A DNA stretch of 63,619 nt, counting the filler, from Pelomyxa schiedti (Eukaryota > Protista > Evosea): the NCBI GenBank assembly GCA_020536535.1. It is 13 parts of 13 records of this genome, joined end to end, with 100 filler letters (N's around TTAATTAATTAA, not from the genome) between each part and the next. Parts side by side here need not be neighbours in the genome. Positions count along the whole stretch, not along the records: positions 37,040 to 45,112 come from JAHLWZ010001331.1; positions 45,213 to 49,404 come from JAHLWZ010001625.1; positions 49,505 to 50,670 come from JAHLWZ010002746.1; 10 more parts are not named here. One strand, given 5' to 3'. Within the stretch, counting starts at the first letter, position 1, and each line of letters begins with the position of its first letter. Position numbers and translations under genes: made by a program. Shown here one piece after another: positions 37,040 through 50,670 of this stretch. The notes under the pieces are model-generated. The model was given only the letters and a program-made list of their open reading frames with translations. It made no database searches and was not told the DNA's origin.

Positions 37040-38276
37040 GCCTGCAGCAGAAGTTGTGATCAACAACCCTCATTGGATTCGTGGGGTTGTTGCAGTCCCA
37101 TATCTCCATCGTGTTGGGTGAGCGCGTCAGGCAGTACAACCTCTCGCTCATCTGTGACAGCATTGCCCTCTCGTTGTTGTACATGACCATGTGAACCTTG
37201 TCTGGGCGAGATGCATCTGGGAACTTAAGAATCCTGGTGTGGGACCATGGGCAGCTGCAAACAACAAATGCGCGCCCACCAGACTCTGTCTGAAGAATGA
37301 GAACACTGTCCACTGAGAAGAACTGAGTCTGAGAATCGAAGGGGAGCAAGTACTTGGTGCAGAACACTGGCGTGATGGCACCTGTTGACCACACCTCACT
37401 CAGGTTGACAACACTCAACTCAAGAGTGTTGGTGTCTTCCGCATATTTCTGGGCCAGAACAGCTTCATCTTCATAACACTGATTCATGAAAACGTCTCGA
37501 TTCGTTCCAGTTGGCAATTGAACAGATTTGGTTGCTGGTGGTTCCATCAGCAGGTTTGAGACACATAACTCGCGTTTGATGTCATCATAGACAACCAACC
37601 ACTTGTGATTTGCACAATCAGAAGAAAATCCACCACACTTGTGAATCAGCCCAGTTCCCCTCGCACTCGCCAGTTCATCGTTTTTGGATGGAGGAGTGGA
37701 ATTCATGTCATCACAGTCGGTGCGTGCCAAGTGTGATGATGACTCCCCCCTCAGCTTCCAAGTAAAAGCCACCCCAAATCCAAGTGTGTAATTTCTGTGA
37801 ATCACACGGCTCTGATTGGCCGCAACGATTGTCTCAATGCCCTCGTGAGCCTGTTCTGCGAGCCACCACCCAGAGTGCTTGGGAACAACGCCGAGGGTGT
37901 GGACTGACACTGCAAAAGTGAACGACGACGGTGCAGGATCTGACGTGCAGACGCAAACGAACTTCAGGCCGGTGCCGCTGCTTCCGCAGCATCCCATAAT
38001 CCACTCCCACACAGTCCTCAGTGCCAGGGCCACGTTCTCGAGAAACGACGACGGGTGTGGCGCAGGGGCCGTCGTAGGTGTGTCGTTTCTCCCACAATTT
38101 ACGCAACCACAGCGCGGGTGTGAGAGCATCAAAAGGGCCAGGAACTGGGATGCCACGGTGGTGGCTGGTGAAACTCGGTCCCTTCCCTCGGCGCTGTTGT
38201 TCCGTGTTGATGCTGATGTCCTGCGCCTTTTTGTCAATCCCCGTTGGCTTGTGTTGGTGTCGCTTGCGTTGTACAT
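37040..38276 (-). CDS. HPRCG-family hypothetical protein (3'-partial)
   Basis: VASQFLALLMLSHPRCG, VSVHTLGVV, ANHKWL, MEIWDCN. Confidence 0.8.
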
Positions 38277-38371
38277 TCGTTGATGTTTGACGATGATGGA
38301 CAATTCGTTCTAGGAATTTTTCCAGCTCGTTGAGCACAAAGCAGACTCCATGATGACAAGGATACATCACA

Positions 38372-38606
38372 TGTGTGTGCTTCTGTGGGATGTAGTTTGT
38401 TGTGTGACGGCAAAGCAGAGAACAAAACGAGATCAAGAAAGGATTCTATTATTTGTTCTGTTTGTTTTGATTTGTGAGGTTTAAGTCGTGATTCTAAGGT
38501 CGGAGTGTGTCGGGCTTATAAGGACTCGAAAATGACTTGAAATCGTATCAGGTAGATTTCCGCGAACTTGATTTCCTAAGATGTCAGGTCCGAGTGCTGA
38601 CTCATG
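38372..38606. repeat. Dispersed repeat of about 240 bp (also 47662-47912, reversed at 50771-50980, and a diverged part at 52416-52476)
   Basis: Shared sequence gagatcaagaaaggattctattatttgttctg...gtcggagtgtgtcgggcttataaggactcg. Confidence 0.85.
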
Positions 38607-38824
38607 TCAAGAGTCGTGATCAATGAATGATCAAAAAGAGAAAATGAACTCGCCTAGGTTGTTCCTCAAGAATGGCTCGTTCAAAAGTTTGTGTTGCTGG
38701 CTGGGGTGGGGCCTCCCTCTCCTCGTTGTTGCTGTCCGTGGTGGGTCTTTTTTGCTTTTTTTTCCTTCCAGACTCAGTGTCATCTTCCTTGACCAAAAAA
38801 ATTCTTTCCACCTTTTCATTTCAG

Positions 38825-40211
38825 TTACAACTGGAATGAGAAGGTGTTGGTGATTCTCTTTGGTTGGCCACACATCTCCGAGATCGTCAGAACAGCAACC
38901 TTGGAACCCGAGTTGTAGTCAGTGACAGTGATGCGGCTCCTGCCAATGTGGAAGAGGAACCCAGAGTGTGCACACACCAGCCTGCAGCAGAAGTTGTGAT
39001 CAACAACCCTCATTGGATTCGTGGGGTTGTTGCAGTCCCATATCTCCATCGTGTTGGGTGGGCGCGTCAGGCAGTACAACCTCTCGCTCATCTGTGACAG
39101 TATGGCCCTCTCGTTGTTGTACCTGACCATGTGAACCTTGTCTGGGCAAGATGCATCTGGGAACTGAAGAATCATGGTGTGGGACCATGGGCAGCTGCGA
39201 ACAACAAATGCGCGCCCACCAGACTCTGTCTGAAGAATGAGAACACTGTCCACCAAGAAGAACTGAGTCTGAGAATCAAAGGGGAGCAAGTACTTGGTGC
39301 AGAACACTGGCGTGATGGCACCTGTTGACCACACCTCACTCAGGTTGACAACACTCAACTCAAGAGTGTTGGTGTCTTCCACATATTTCTGGGCCAGAAC
39401 AGCTTCATCTTCATTGCACTGATTCATGAAAACGTCTCGATTCGTTCCAGTTGGGAATTGAACCGTTTTGGTTGCTGGTGGTTCCATCAGCAGGTTTGAG
39501 ACACATAACTCGCGTTTGATGTCATCATAGACAGCCAACCACTTGTGATTTGCACAATCAGAAGAAAATCCACCACACTTGTGAATCAGCCCAGTTCCCC
39601 TCTCACTCGCCAGTTCATCATTTTTGGATGGAGGAGTGGAATTCATGTCATCGCAGCCAGTGCGTGCCATGTGTGATGATGACTCCCCTCAGCTTCCAAG
39701 TAAAAGCCACCCCAAATTCGAGTGTGAAATTTCTGTGAATCACACGGCTCTGATTGGCCGCAACGATTGTCTCAATGCCCTCGTGAGCCTGTTCTGCGAG
39801 CCACCACCCAGAGTGCTTGGGAACAACGCCGAGGGTGTGGACTGACACTGCAAAAGTGAACAACAACGGTGCAGGATCTGAGGTGCAGACGCAAACGAGC
39901 TTCAGGCCGGTGCCGCTGCTTCCACAACATCCCATAATCCACTCCCACACAGTCCTCAGTGCCAGGGCCACGTTCTCGAGAACCGACGACGGGTGTGGCG
40001 CAGGGGCCGTCGTAGGTGGGTTGTTTCTCCCACAATTTACGCAGCCACAGCGCGGGTGTGAGAGCATCAAAAGGGCCAGGAACTGGGATGCCACGGTGGT
40101 GGCTGGTGAAACTCGGTCCCTTCCCTCGGTGCTGTGGTTCCGTGTTGACACCGATGTCCTGCGCCTTTTTGTCGATCCCTGTTGGCTTGTGTCGCTTGGC
40201 CAAGCGTACAT
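38825..40211 (-). pseudogene. Tandem paralog of 37040-38276 with a 2-nt frameshift at about 39685
   Basis: Near-identical to its neighbour; a C4 run instead of C6 splits it into ORFs 39648-40250 and 38825-39670. Confidence 0.75.
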
Positions 40212-40241
40212 TCGTTCAAAATTGATCAAAATTGTTGTGCC

Positions 40242-42395
40242 ATGGGACAAAGTGGGACAAAACCGGCTAGTGAGGATGCTGCAGTCGACCGCAACACCTG
40301 TTGCAACAAGTCAGATCACAACCTCTTCTCCACTTCCCTCCCGGAACAAGCCGTTGTGACTCCAGGCGCAGCGGCTCTCTCTATAAATGATGATGACGTA
40401 TCATCACTCAGTGCATCTGCCACATCTCACAATGTTATTAACACATCTCCCCCCGCCTCCGGCGTTGCTTCTGCAAGTGCCAATAGTGACAACCACCCAA
40501 CTGCTGATTATAACCATGTTGATGAACTTTTGACAGTGAGTGGTGATGGGCAGATGAATGTTGGACATCTTCCTCAGCTGGACGTGGAGGTTTTTTTTTC
40601 TTTCCCTTTCCACTCCTCAATGCAAAAAGGGAGATACATTACCCCATGTCATTTCGTTTCTTGGGGACACTCAAACTGGCAAATCTTTTCTCATTGACAA
40701 ACTTTTGTATTACCTTCCATACAATAAGAGCTTGCCAAGGTGCATCATTGTTTCAACAATTTCCTTCTTACCTTCACCAGGCCACGCATTGGGAATGAAA
40801 TAAATTCAACAACAATGGGTGTTCACTTTTACAATGCTGGAGACACACTGTTGCTTGATTTTGAAGGTTCTGATGGAACGGGCTCCCCTTCTGAGGTGCT
40901 CTTATTTGGTCCCTGTTGTGTCTGACTTTTATTTGGCAGGTAGTTGATACAATATTTCCCCGGCTGGCTTATTCCATCAGTTCCACCATTGTTTATCTTA
41001 CAACCAGTCGTTTTGCAAAACGTTCTACAATTGACAACTTATGTGCCAGTTTAAAGGTGGCTGCACAGAAAGAGGCAAATGTAATTCTACTGTCTACCAT
41101 CTCTTATTCTAGTGAGTGTTACAATACAATACAAAACAGGGGGCATACATCAGACCCAGTTTAGTGGTTGTATTCAACAATAGTGGCGTCATCAAGTCCG
41201 ATGAAGAGCTACCTATTCCCAGGGAACAACAGTCTCTTTTTTCTGCAGTTTCACACTTTTTCCTGTCAACCAATAAGGATGTGTCCACATTTCAAAATCA
41301 GCTTGACATACTGTCGATGGTTTGTTTTTACCCAGTTTTCTAAACAAACAAACAGCCTATTCTGAAGGACCAGACTCTTTCCTTACCCTCACACCACTGG
41401 ATCAGCTTGTTTATTGCTGTTGTGGAACATGTTTTGCACCCCTTTTTAATTTTCAATTCTAAAGACCCTCTAGTTCAACCACAACAAGAGTGTCCCAGTT
41501 GTACTTTGTAAGCTCTATGCCTCTCTCATTGATAATCTGCCACCACTCCACCGAGTGCAAAGGCTACTTTTATCTAGAATCCCAAACCGTGTGTGCACAG
41601 TGGAGGAATTCTCAGAGAGTTGTCAGTGGGCAAAACGTGCACTACCAGCAGTCATTGCAACACATCTGCATTCCACAGAACAGGTGAAGCTAGGTCCTGA
41701 CACTTGGGCAGTTTGCTGAAACTGAAAACTAGGTTGCTGACCTCGGTCAGTACTGCCACAGGAATTTGTCCCTACTGAGAGGCTATTGCAGCAAGTTTGT
41801 CCCATGTTTTGTGAATTTGGAACATGGCAGATGCTGTGTCCAACATGTCTTTCACTCATCTCAAGCACATGAATTCGTTGCCCCAGACTTACAAGATGAT
41901 GACAACACTGAAGGAATTCAACTCTTAGAGACAACGAGAAGATTTATGGAAGCTCTGGCAAACGTGGTAAATCTTCTGTACCAATATAATGTAGTAATCC
42001 TTATGTAGGCAACCCGCATTGATCTTTATCCCGTGTGTGGTGGGCAGTGGGATGAGACTGCAGTTGACCACCCATTGGAATTACGTCAGCTCCTGAGGCA
42101 ATTCAATGCAGTAGATAATATGAGTGCACTATATGGGCTTCGCTATGATGCCCTCAGATACGCGAATGGAGCAATTCGTTTCCTGCCCTTTGCATTGGTA
42201 GGAGGGCTTATTTCTGGTGGTTCTCTATTCATTCCATACCTGGGTATACCCTCTGTCCCCACTTTGCCAGATCTCACTTGGGTTAGTTTTAGGTACGGCT
42301 ATAAGTGTACAACACCCAGAGCTGCCTTGTTCCAGAACCTTTGGGGAAGAAACAATGGAGCTTATGGCACAAGTGGCTTTGGAAGCTTTTGTTAA
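40242..42395 (+). CDS. Multi-exon P-loop NTPase, GBP/atlastin (RHD3)-like
   Basis: VISFLGDTQTGKSFLI (G1), STTMGV (G2), LLLDFEGSDG (G3), FPRLAYSISSTIVY and PSLVVVFN lie in successive exons. MGQSG start. The 3' exon structure is uncertain. Confidence 0.7.
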
Positions 42396-42802
42396 GGGAT
42401 GGAATTACTTGACACTGGTGGCTAATGATCATGTGACTTTTATCCTGGTGAAAAACAAGCCTTAACGTCGGTGTCGGTGTCGTAGGCGCAGGTGTATTAC
42501 GCGGAGTCCAGTCACACCCTGGAGTCAAACTGGCCCCAGTTTGGGAGGAGGGAGCCCAGAGTGGGGCCCAATTTGTGTACACAGTGGTGTCCAAAACGTG
42601 GAAAAAACCCTTTTTGGCAATTTGGAGCTTTTTCCAATCTGTGCTAGCTTTTTTATTCCTCCTGTTGTTCCCTTAGGTGTGGGTGTAAGGTGTCGTGGGC
42701 TGCTGGGGAGCACATGGAAGGATGCAGAGCAAGGGGGGGCTGCCCAGGGGTGGTGGTGTTGGCGGACGACATTTATTATTATTTATTTACGATGTGGACC
42801 CG

Positions 42803-43215
42803 CTGATTCATGAAAACGTCTCGATTCGTTCCAGTTGGGAATTGAACCGTTTTGGTTGCTGGTGGTTCCATCAGCAGGTTTGAGACACATAACTCGCGTT
42901 TGATGTCATCATAGACAGCCAACCACTTGTGATTTGCACAATCAGAGGAAGATCCACCACACTTGTGAATCAGCCCAGTTCCCCTCCCACTTGCCAGTTC
43001 ATCATTTTTGGATGGAGGATTGGAATTCATGTCATCACAGTCAGTGCGTGCCAAGTGTGATGATGACTCCTCCCTCAGCTTCCAAGTAAAAGCCACCCCA
43101 ACTGGGATGCCACGGTGGTGGCTGGTGAAACTCGGTCCCTTCCCTCGGTGCTGTGGTTCCGTGTTGATGCCGATGTCCTGCGCCTTTTTGTCAATCCCTG
43201 TGCTGTACATTCGTC
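42803..43215 (-). pseudogene. Internally deleted third copy of the 37040/38825 family gene
   Basis: Patchwork match: the 5' end is joined directly to the GVAFTWKLR...RDVFMNQ segment. Confidence 0.8.
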
Positions 43216-43406
43216 GTTGTTTGTGGAAGAAAACAGTTGATGTAGATCGTTAATCCTTCTCGAATCTACGTTGAGAACTCGTGTACAGCTGATTTTGGTT
43301 ATCAACATCGGAAGAAACCGATCCACAACAGCAGTGACACACAATTAGTTCCATCAATCTCTGGTAGCTACCGAATTGTCTTCTGTTGTTTTAGGTGTTG
43401 TTCGTT

Positions 43407-44860
43407 ATGGAGGAATATGATCTACGACAGTTCAATGAAGCTGACATCCCACAAGTCGTTGCACTACTAAAGGAGGTACCCACAATTGAAATTTTGGCCC
43501 ACATCAAATTTAACCTCCACCATCACACCGCACTCTGGGAACCGACCAACCAGGACAGGTTGGGTGGAACAACAAAGCACATGACCGACAGGTGAGGATG
43601 TTCCTGAAGACCAACCCTCAGGTAGTTCTTGATTGACTTGATTTTGGTGAACTACACTCTCACGTTGTACCCATCTTTTTTTTTTTTGTTTCTTCTTCTT
43701 TTGGTTCTGTTTTGGGTGATAGTGTTGCATTGGGGCAGTGACCAAGTCCGGGACATTGGTTGCGACCACAGCAGTGATGATAGGAAGTGTGGATACTTAG
43801 CTCTTGTTATAGTAACTGCTGCTCATAGGCGCAAAGGTATATTTATTGAAAAAGAATTTCCATGTTGCTGAAACTATTATCTGGAATAAGGGCTTTGTGA
43901 GGTGTTGATAAGAAAAGCACATGAAATTCTGATTTCACAGGGCACAGCACTGATTGGACTCGATGCTTCGGCGATGGGTTTCCCTACAAGAGGATCGGAT
44001 ACATTGATCCACATTGGAGACATTGATGTTTCTTACATTGCTGCCAACTTCGTGTTTGTCTCTTATCATCACGTTCCCCGCTTAACTTCCAATAGAACCG
44101 CCATTTCTCACTTCACCGGCAGTGAACTTGACGAAGCGAACACAAGAGTACTGCTTGCTGGTCCCCATGAAAGGACCGCTATTGCTTGCAGCGATAAAAT
44201 TGCATTTGGTGCAGATAGATCTACTGTATTCCACAAGATTACTTAACTTATTTGGAAGCAATATTTGACACTAAATTATAACCAACAATCCAGTTGATTA
44301 AGGATAATTATATTTTCCCCTTGGGGTTCTTTATTCCCGCTGCCACCGAGGTGTTGAATGAACTTTTTTTTACATTGAATACTTAGGGAGATTGAAGTCC
44401 AGCCAGTGTGCAGAGGGACTTCTATGCTGGGTGAGTGCCAATACCTTCCTTTTTTTCAATTTTCCCTTATGGGCAATGACCTTGGGTAGCTGAAACATGT
44501 TCATGTTGGTGTTTCCCATGTTATGAACTGTATTCTACTTTGACAACAGTCAAAGTAGCATTCTTCCAAATTATGAGAAAGTGCTATTAACACACATTAC
44601 CCATTTTTACAGTGCCTCTTTGGTGTGGAAAGGGAAGGAGAGAACAGAATCCCACATGGACACTTTGAATGGGTTTTGGTGGGTCCACTCTGCTCCACTC
44701 AGGCTTGGTACTGAGCGAGCCTGAATGGGGATGAGAGGGTGATCCTAAACCCCGAAACGTCATTGGAAAAGGCAAAAAAGGAAAATTTATCCTCGTTTTT
44801 TTTTACAGTTTCCTTGTTGTACAACAGGTGTTCAGCCAAGTATGTTCCTCAACATAAACT
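43407..44860 (+). CDS. Multi-exon GNAT-family acetyltransferase (YitH-like); 3' end approximate
   Basis: LRQFNEADIPQVVAL, YLALVIVTAAHRRKG|LCEVLI (acetyl-CoA motif A), IGLDASAMG. Confidence 0.7.
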
Positions 44861-46264
44861 CTCAGCCACTGTCACTGGAGTGTTATTTAACAACAATTCT
44901 TCGAGCGTCTCACAGATAGAATCAAAGGCTGTGGGGAAATATGGCTGTTAGAAAGCTAGCTGACCATATCATAAAGAAGAGGGTAAATATACAAGGTCTT
45001 GAGAGAGGTTCTTGTGCCCAACAGCCGGAAACTAGTTTTTCCAAGGGCGGCGACACTAGCCCAGTAAGAGGAAGCCTCTGTTTAAGTGCATACATATATA
45101 TTGGTTGTACTTNNNNNNNNNNNNNNNNNNNNNNNNNNNNNNNNNNNNNNNNNNNNTTAATTAATTAANNNNNNNNNNNNNNNNNNNNNNNNNNNNNNNN
45201 NNNNNNNNNNNNCGGCATCGTTGTCACTTCTGTACCGCGTCATCTTCATCACTGAAGCGATCACAAAAAGAATATCGTTCAAAGAAAGCATCAGTTCTAT
45301 TAATCTGAAATCTCTTGCGACATCATGGCATGCGGAGATACCAGCATAGTGACGAGAGAGAATCCGGCATAGTGGAATCGTGATCGCACTGCAAAGTGAT
45401 ACTGCGGAATCGCGTTCTCAACCGGCACCAAAGCGTACATTTTCGGCACTGGCATGCATCCTGCAACATGATTAGCACGGAAATGACGGGAATCATGCAT
45501 ACAACATCCAGCAAACGTTCTTACAAACGCGGGAATGCTAGATATGCAGAATCAAAAAATTTTCAAAATAGTCATGGTAAACATTATTTTGAATGAGGGA
45601 TACATACCCAATGTTTTGATTGCACTCTGTCTGTGCATGTGGAATAGCTACAAAGCAATGTATCAATTTCGATTTAAAACAAAGATTACCTGAACCTATG
45701 TTTCACATTTCTGCACAGGGATTGCAGAACAGAAGGAAAACTTTGTCATTGGACCACCCTATACTAGACTGTCTGCACCATCTCGTGGTTGTGTGATTGG
45801 GTTAAAAGGCTGCGATGTTCAAATGGATTCTTGGACAAGTGTGCATGTAATCAAAACCACCTGCCACGTTGTTGTCTTGTCAGATTTCACTGCAAAAGTC
45901 CTGGTCTTGCTTATTTGTCTCAGACAAACACAATGGGGTTATTTGATCCCTGTGTTACTGGGTATAATAGTGAAGATCTTGTTCTAGTACTAAAGACAAG
46001 AAAAAAAAATTGGTTGTTGCATAGTGATGGGCAATAAACCAACAAGAGCAACAACTGAGGTAGACACAGGAACGTCATTATTTGTGCCTCCAAGTGTGGT
46101 GACAAGTGTGTTGTTGTGACAGGGGGAACAATGGTGGTGACAACAGGGCAACAACAGAGTCAACAAATGTGGTGAGTGCTTTCAGTGGGGCAGGGACCAG
46201 TGTGGTGGCAACTGGTGTGGCAGTGAAATGTGTGGTGGCTGCCATGGGGGGAGCTCCAACATTG

Positions 46265-46490
46265 GTGACAAGTGCAGTGACGAGTGTGGCGACTACTGCA
46301 GTGACGGGTGCGGCGATGAGTGCTGCGATGGGTGCGGCGACAGGTGCAGTGATGGGTGTGGTGACAAGTGCAGCAACAGGTGTGGTGACAGGTGCAGCAA
46401 TGGGTGTGGCAATGGATGCAGTGACGGGTGTGGTGACAAGTGCAGTGACGAGTGTGGTGACAGGTGTGGCGACGGGTCAGTGACAAGTGC
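46265..46490. repeat. Degenerate minisatellite with a 12/24-nt period
   Basis: Units such as gtgacaagtgca and gtgacgggtgtg give periodic ORFs in several frames. Confidence 0.8.
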
Positions 46491-46599
46491 CAGGATGGGT
46501 GTAACTGGTGGGATGAGTGCAACAAAGGGTACTTCAACTGGATTGCTACCAACAGGTGCCACACACACTACTACCAAATTGTAGATCTTATGAGACTTA

Positions 46600-47257
46600 A
46601 TTAAGGTAATCTCAACTGAGAATTGGACAACAGCATGGCTTTGAAGCTAACTGCACCTAACTGCACCAACCTAATATTACCTTTGAACACATGCAACCCA
46701 AGCACAAGAACAAGCAAGAGAACCTTTACACTCTCACAAAAGCTAACACTTCACAAACCAAAAAACCCAAATTGTCACAAAACAAAAAACCCAAATCTTC
46801 AAAATCAATTCAGCCACCAGAACTTAAAAAACCTAAACATTCACATGCTCTTCATGTACCACATAAACATGCACCCTCAACCTCACTTCAACATTTTGGA
46901 TCACCAAGGGATTACCTTGGTGACCACTGTGTACTTTAGCAAGTACACAAGCTTTAGCTCTCTGGACACTCTGTGGACTCTGTATGAATCTCAACTCTTG
47001 AGATCCAATGCGGGCTTGATGGAATTACTGGAATAAGGCAGTGAGGATCTTATGAGACACAGAACACACTAATGTGGACTGCAGTGGTGATTGATTTTGA
47101 ATCAAGCTAACCACACTTAACCACACCAAAATTAATTATCCTTTGAACACATGCAACCCAAGCACGAGAACAAACAAGAGAACCTTTGCACTCTCACTCT
47201 CTTTTGTTCTTTTCCCTCTGTGGGGCTTTATTCTCTTCCCACAGAAGCTAACACCAG
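46600..47257. repeat. Dispersed repeat with an internal duplication, present inverted at about 48584-48940
   Basis: ctttgaacacatgcaacccaagcac occurs twice; ttctcttcccacagaagctaacac is reverse-complementary to about 48582-48605. Confidence 0.75.
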
Positions 47258-47619
47258 CGTTTGGAGAATGGTGATGACTCTACTTGTGTTGCTGCACAAA
47301 CAACAGCACTGTATTCTGTTCCTGGCCTCAGCCTGTCAATGATCACCTGGCACGTTGTTGTTGGTGCCACCACAGTTTTTGTGGAACAGACTTTGTTCAT
47401 CACATCTGCAATCTGGACCTCATATCTTGTGACCAGAGCACCCCTCTCAATTCCACTTCACTGTGACTGTTGTGGAAGTCACAGAAACGATGTTAACACT
47501 GGGTGGGCCTGTTGGGGAATGAGAATTAGTTTCATTCAATATGAAGGAGAGTTTGTGTGCACTGGTTCAATTGTCATCTCCTCATGTTTTTCGGTACTCA
47601 ATTTTTCACTGAAAGTTTA

Positions 47620-49404
47620 CACCGGGGGGTGAGTCAAACATCAACAAATCCAATTTTGCTGGTGTGTGCTTCTGTGGGGATGTGTAGTTCGGTGTGTGAC
47701 GAGAAAGCAGAGAACAAGCATGAGATCAAGAAAGGATTCTATTATTTGTTCTGTTTGTTGTTTGTTTTGATTTATGAGGTTTGGGTCGTGATTCTAAGGT
47801 CGGAGTGTGTCGGGCTTATAAGGACTCGAAAAGGACTTGAAATCGAGGTGAACGATCAGGTAGATTTCCGCGAACTTGATTTCCTAAGATGTCAGGTCTG
47901 AGTGCTGACTCAGCAGGTCAGTCTCTCAGTCTCGGTGTTCGTGCTCGTGCTCGCAGAGAGTTTGCTTGTGTATTCTACAGAATCACACACTGGGATTTGT
48001 TGATGTTTTGTGCCGCGGGGCGGTTGGTGTGGCACCGCGGTGGCAGCACGGTGTGTGTGTTCGTTGAATCGGGTCTCGCTGCGGCTGTGTGGCACTGACA
48101 TAAATGGCATGTTTGGGGTTGTGGAGACTGTGCAGTGACTTGCCTCTTTGTTTATCTCCACTACCATCAAAAAAATCGCTGCTATGAGGGGAGACCATGC
48201 CACCCCTGGGGTGAAGAGGAACAAGTGGTACCCACCTTGTCTCTTCCATCACGTTGTGCCATCTAATATTAATTGTTTTATTTTTGAATCAATTAAATTA
48301 ATTTATATATATTTATATTTTATTTATTAATTATTTATTATTAATTTAATTAAAAGTAATTTTTTACGCATTTACGCCTTGTAATAAGGTAATAAGGCCT
48401 ACAGCATTGCCGCACCCATTTAATGTATTTCCGAGCCTTCCACTGGTATGTGGCTTCTTGTTTCTTTGTTTTCTTTTTCCCATAGTGGATAACTATCATT
48501 TCAGTGGGCAAGGTACATTCCATCTGTTCTTTCAGCACTGGGACACTGATGCTTTTTTTTTTTTTTTTTTACACTTAGGTGGTGTTAGCTTCTGTGGGAA
48601 GAGAATAAAGCCCCACAGGGGAAAAAGAACGAAAGAGAGTATGGGTGTAAAGGTTCTCTTGCTTGTTCTCGTGCTTGGGTTGCACATGTTCAAAGGATAA
48701 TTAATTTGGTGTGGTTAGGTGTGGTTAGCTTCAAAGCCACACTGTTGTCCAATTCTCAGTCAAGATTGCCTCAGAATCAATCACCACTGCAATCTGCATT
48801 AGTGCGTTCTGTGTCTCATAAGATCGTCGCTGCCTTATTCCAGTAATTCCATCAAGCCCGCATTGGATCTCGAGAGTCGAGATTCGTACAGAGTCCACAG
48901 AGTGTCCAGAGAGCTAAAGCTCATGTACTTGCTAAACTTGTGTGGTCAACTTGCCTGCCGCTGCTGACATGACATCCACCGACGTACATCCTTCTCCTTT
49001 TTTGTCAACCCAACCAACCCCAACTTCCCTAACCCACTCTCCCGCTTTTCTGCTTTCAACTACCACACTTTACTGTGACGGGTGCACAACCAGGCCCAAA
49101 TTTCCCTTCTTACTCTTTCACTCTCATGTGTACCCACAACGCCCACTTCTCTCCAAAATGTGGATTTAAAAAAAACGTGGCACGATTTTGTATCCAAGGA
49201 CTTAGTGCGGAAAACTTTTTTTTTTTTCCCTGAAGTCGATTTCGACTTCAGGCTTGTACATAGAGGTGTGAGGTGAGGATGGTGTGAGTGTGAGGAATTC
49301 GGCCTGGTGCCCAGTCTGGTACCTAGTACGTTGAGTGGGGTGACGAGGGGGGAGGGATGCACGTTGGCGGTTGCCATCTCGGCAGCTGGCGCAGCTGTAA
49401 AAAA
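47620..49404. mobile_element. Diverged, interrupted copy of the TIR element (cut by the contig end)
   Basis: TA|CACCGGGG at 47618-47627. 47992-49404 is colinear with about 33745-34800 and carries nested insertions. Confidence 0.8.
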
Positions 49405-49654
49405 NNNNNNNNNNNNNNNNNNNNNNNNNNNNNNNNNNNNNNNNNNNNTTAATTAATTAANNNNNNNNNNNNNNNNNNNNNNNNNNNNNNNNNNNNNNNN
49501 NNNNTTCTGCCAGTTGCCAGGTAATTATGTACTTTCGATTGTGAATGCTGATGCCATTACAGTGCAATCACTTTGGGTCAATCAGAACAGTGCAGAATTG
49601 ATGAAAATCGGTCCAGGATGAGTGTGTGAATATTGGGGTATGTGCTATCAATGC

Positions 49655-50670
49655 ACCAATGATAATTCTGATGCCAGATGCAGGTTATGGTTGACTTGTG
49701 CAGTAATTGGTTGGAATTTGCTTGAGGGCCGAATTTGCAGTGAATTGATGTGACTTGCAGGTATGTGGGAATTGTTGGTGTGTAAATTAATTGCATGCAG
49801 GTGTTGGAATTCATGCTTGAGTTTGATGGCTGCGCCATGATGAGGATTTTTTCTTTGATGCATGTGCTAGATGATGCTTGCAGGCTAAGGAATGAACTGT
49901 AGGATGTAGAGAAGTACTCTTGCTTTGATTTGGTGTGTGTTCCAGTCACAGATATCTCAGTGTCTAACTGTTTGTCCAGAATGCAACTTTGTGAGCTTAT
50001 GAGCTTCCTTGGGACTTCAGTGCAATCGGTCCTTGAAGTGTGTGTAGCTTGGCATTGCCTGAATTGCCTAACATTGTTGCCATAGATGAAGAATGCATTG
50101 CTGTCATGCAGGGCCGATATGCAGCATTGGAAATTAGTCCTCGAATTGCAACAGAGTTTGCTGTGCTTCAGATTTGCTTTCCAGAGTTCCTGCACAATTC
50201 CAGGTATTCCTTTCCTGGTTACTATTGCCAGAATAACTTATTCCATTGCAGGAGCTTCAAAACGATGTGAAAACACCTTTGAAAACAGTGCTGATTCCTC
50301 CAGTGTCAGGTAAGAACAATTCCTTGATCTCCGCCTAATAAATGACCAGAAATTCGCCAAAGAGAGAATGCCTGAGTGCTGAAATGGTTGGATGCCATGG
50401 CGTGAATCTCTCAACAGAATTGTCATATTGTCATGCCAGTGCCAGTTTTGCAGCAAATTGCAATGGCGGCCAGAATAGAGATGCTTGGAGATCACAGCTA
50501 TCAAATAGGTATGCATTCCCATTTGCTTGTACAGCTGACTAACGAAAATAAGATTGCCTTGAAGCTGCAGCATGATGTAGAACTTGAATACAATGAGCTT
50601 GGGCAAATTGCTCATTTGCAGAATGTTGTATGGGTGACTTTGTCTCACTTCCTGCCTACTGTATCCCCAG
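49655..50670. repeat. Copy B of the 1-999 degenerate repeat
   Basis: Colinear high identity, with the same short ORFs. Confidence 0.8.

Noticed and set aside
46106-46584. Cys-rich or antifreeze-like repeat proteins
   Set aside because: The minisatellite is open in several frames on both strands, with no convincing gene structure.
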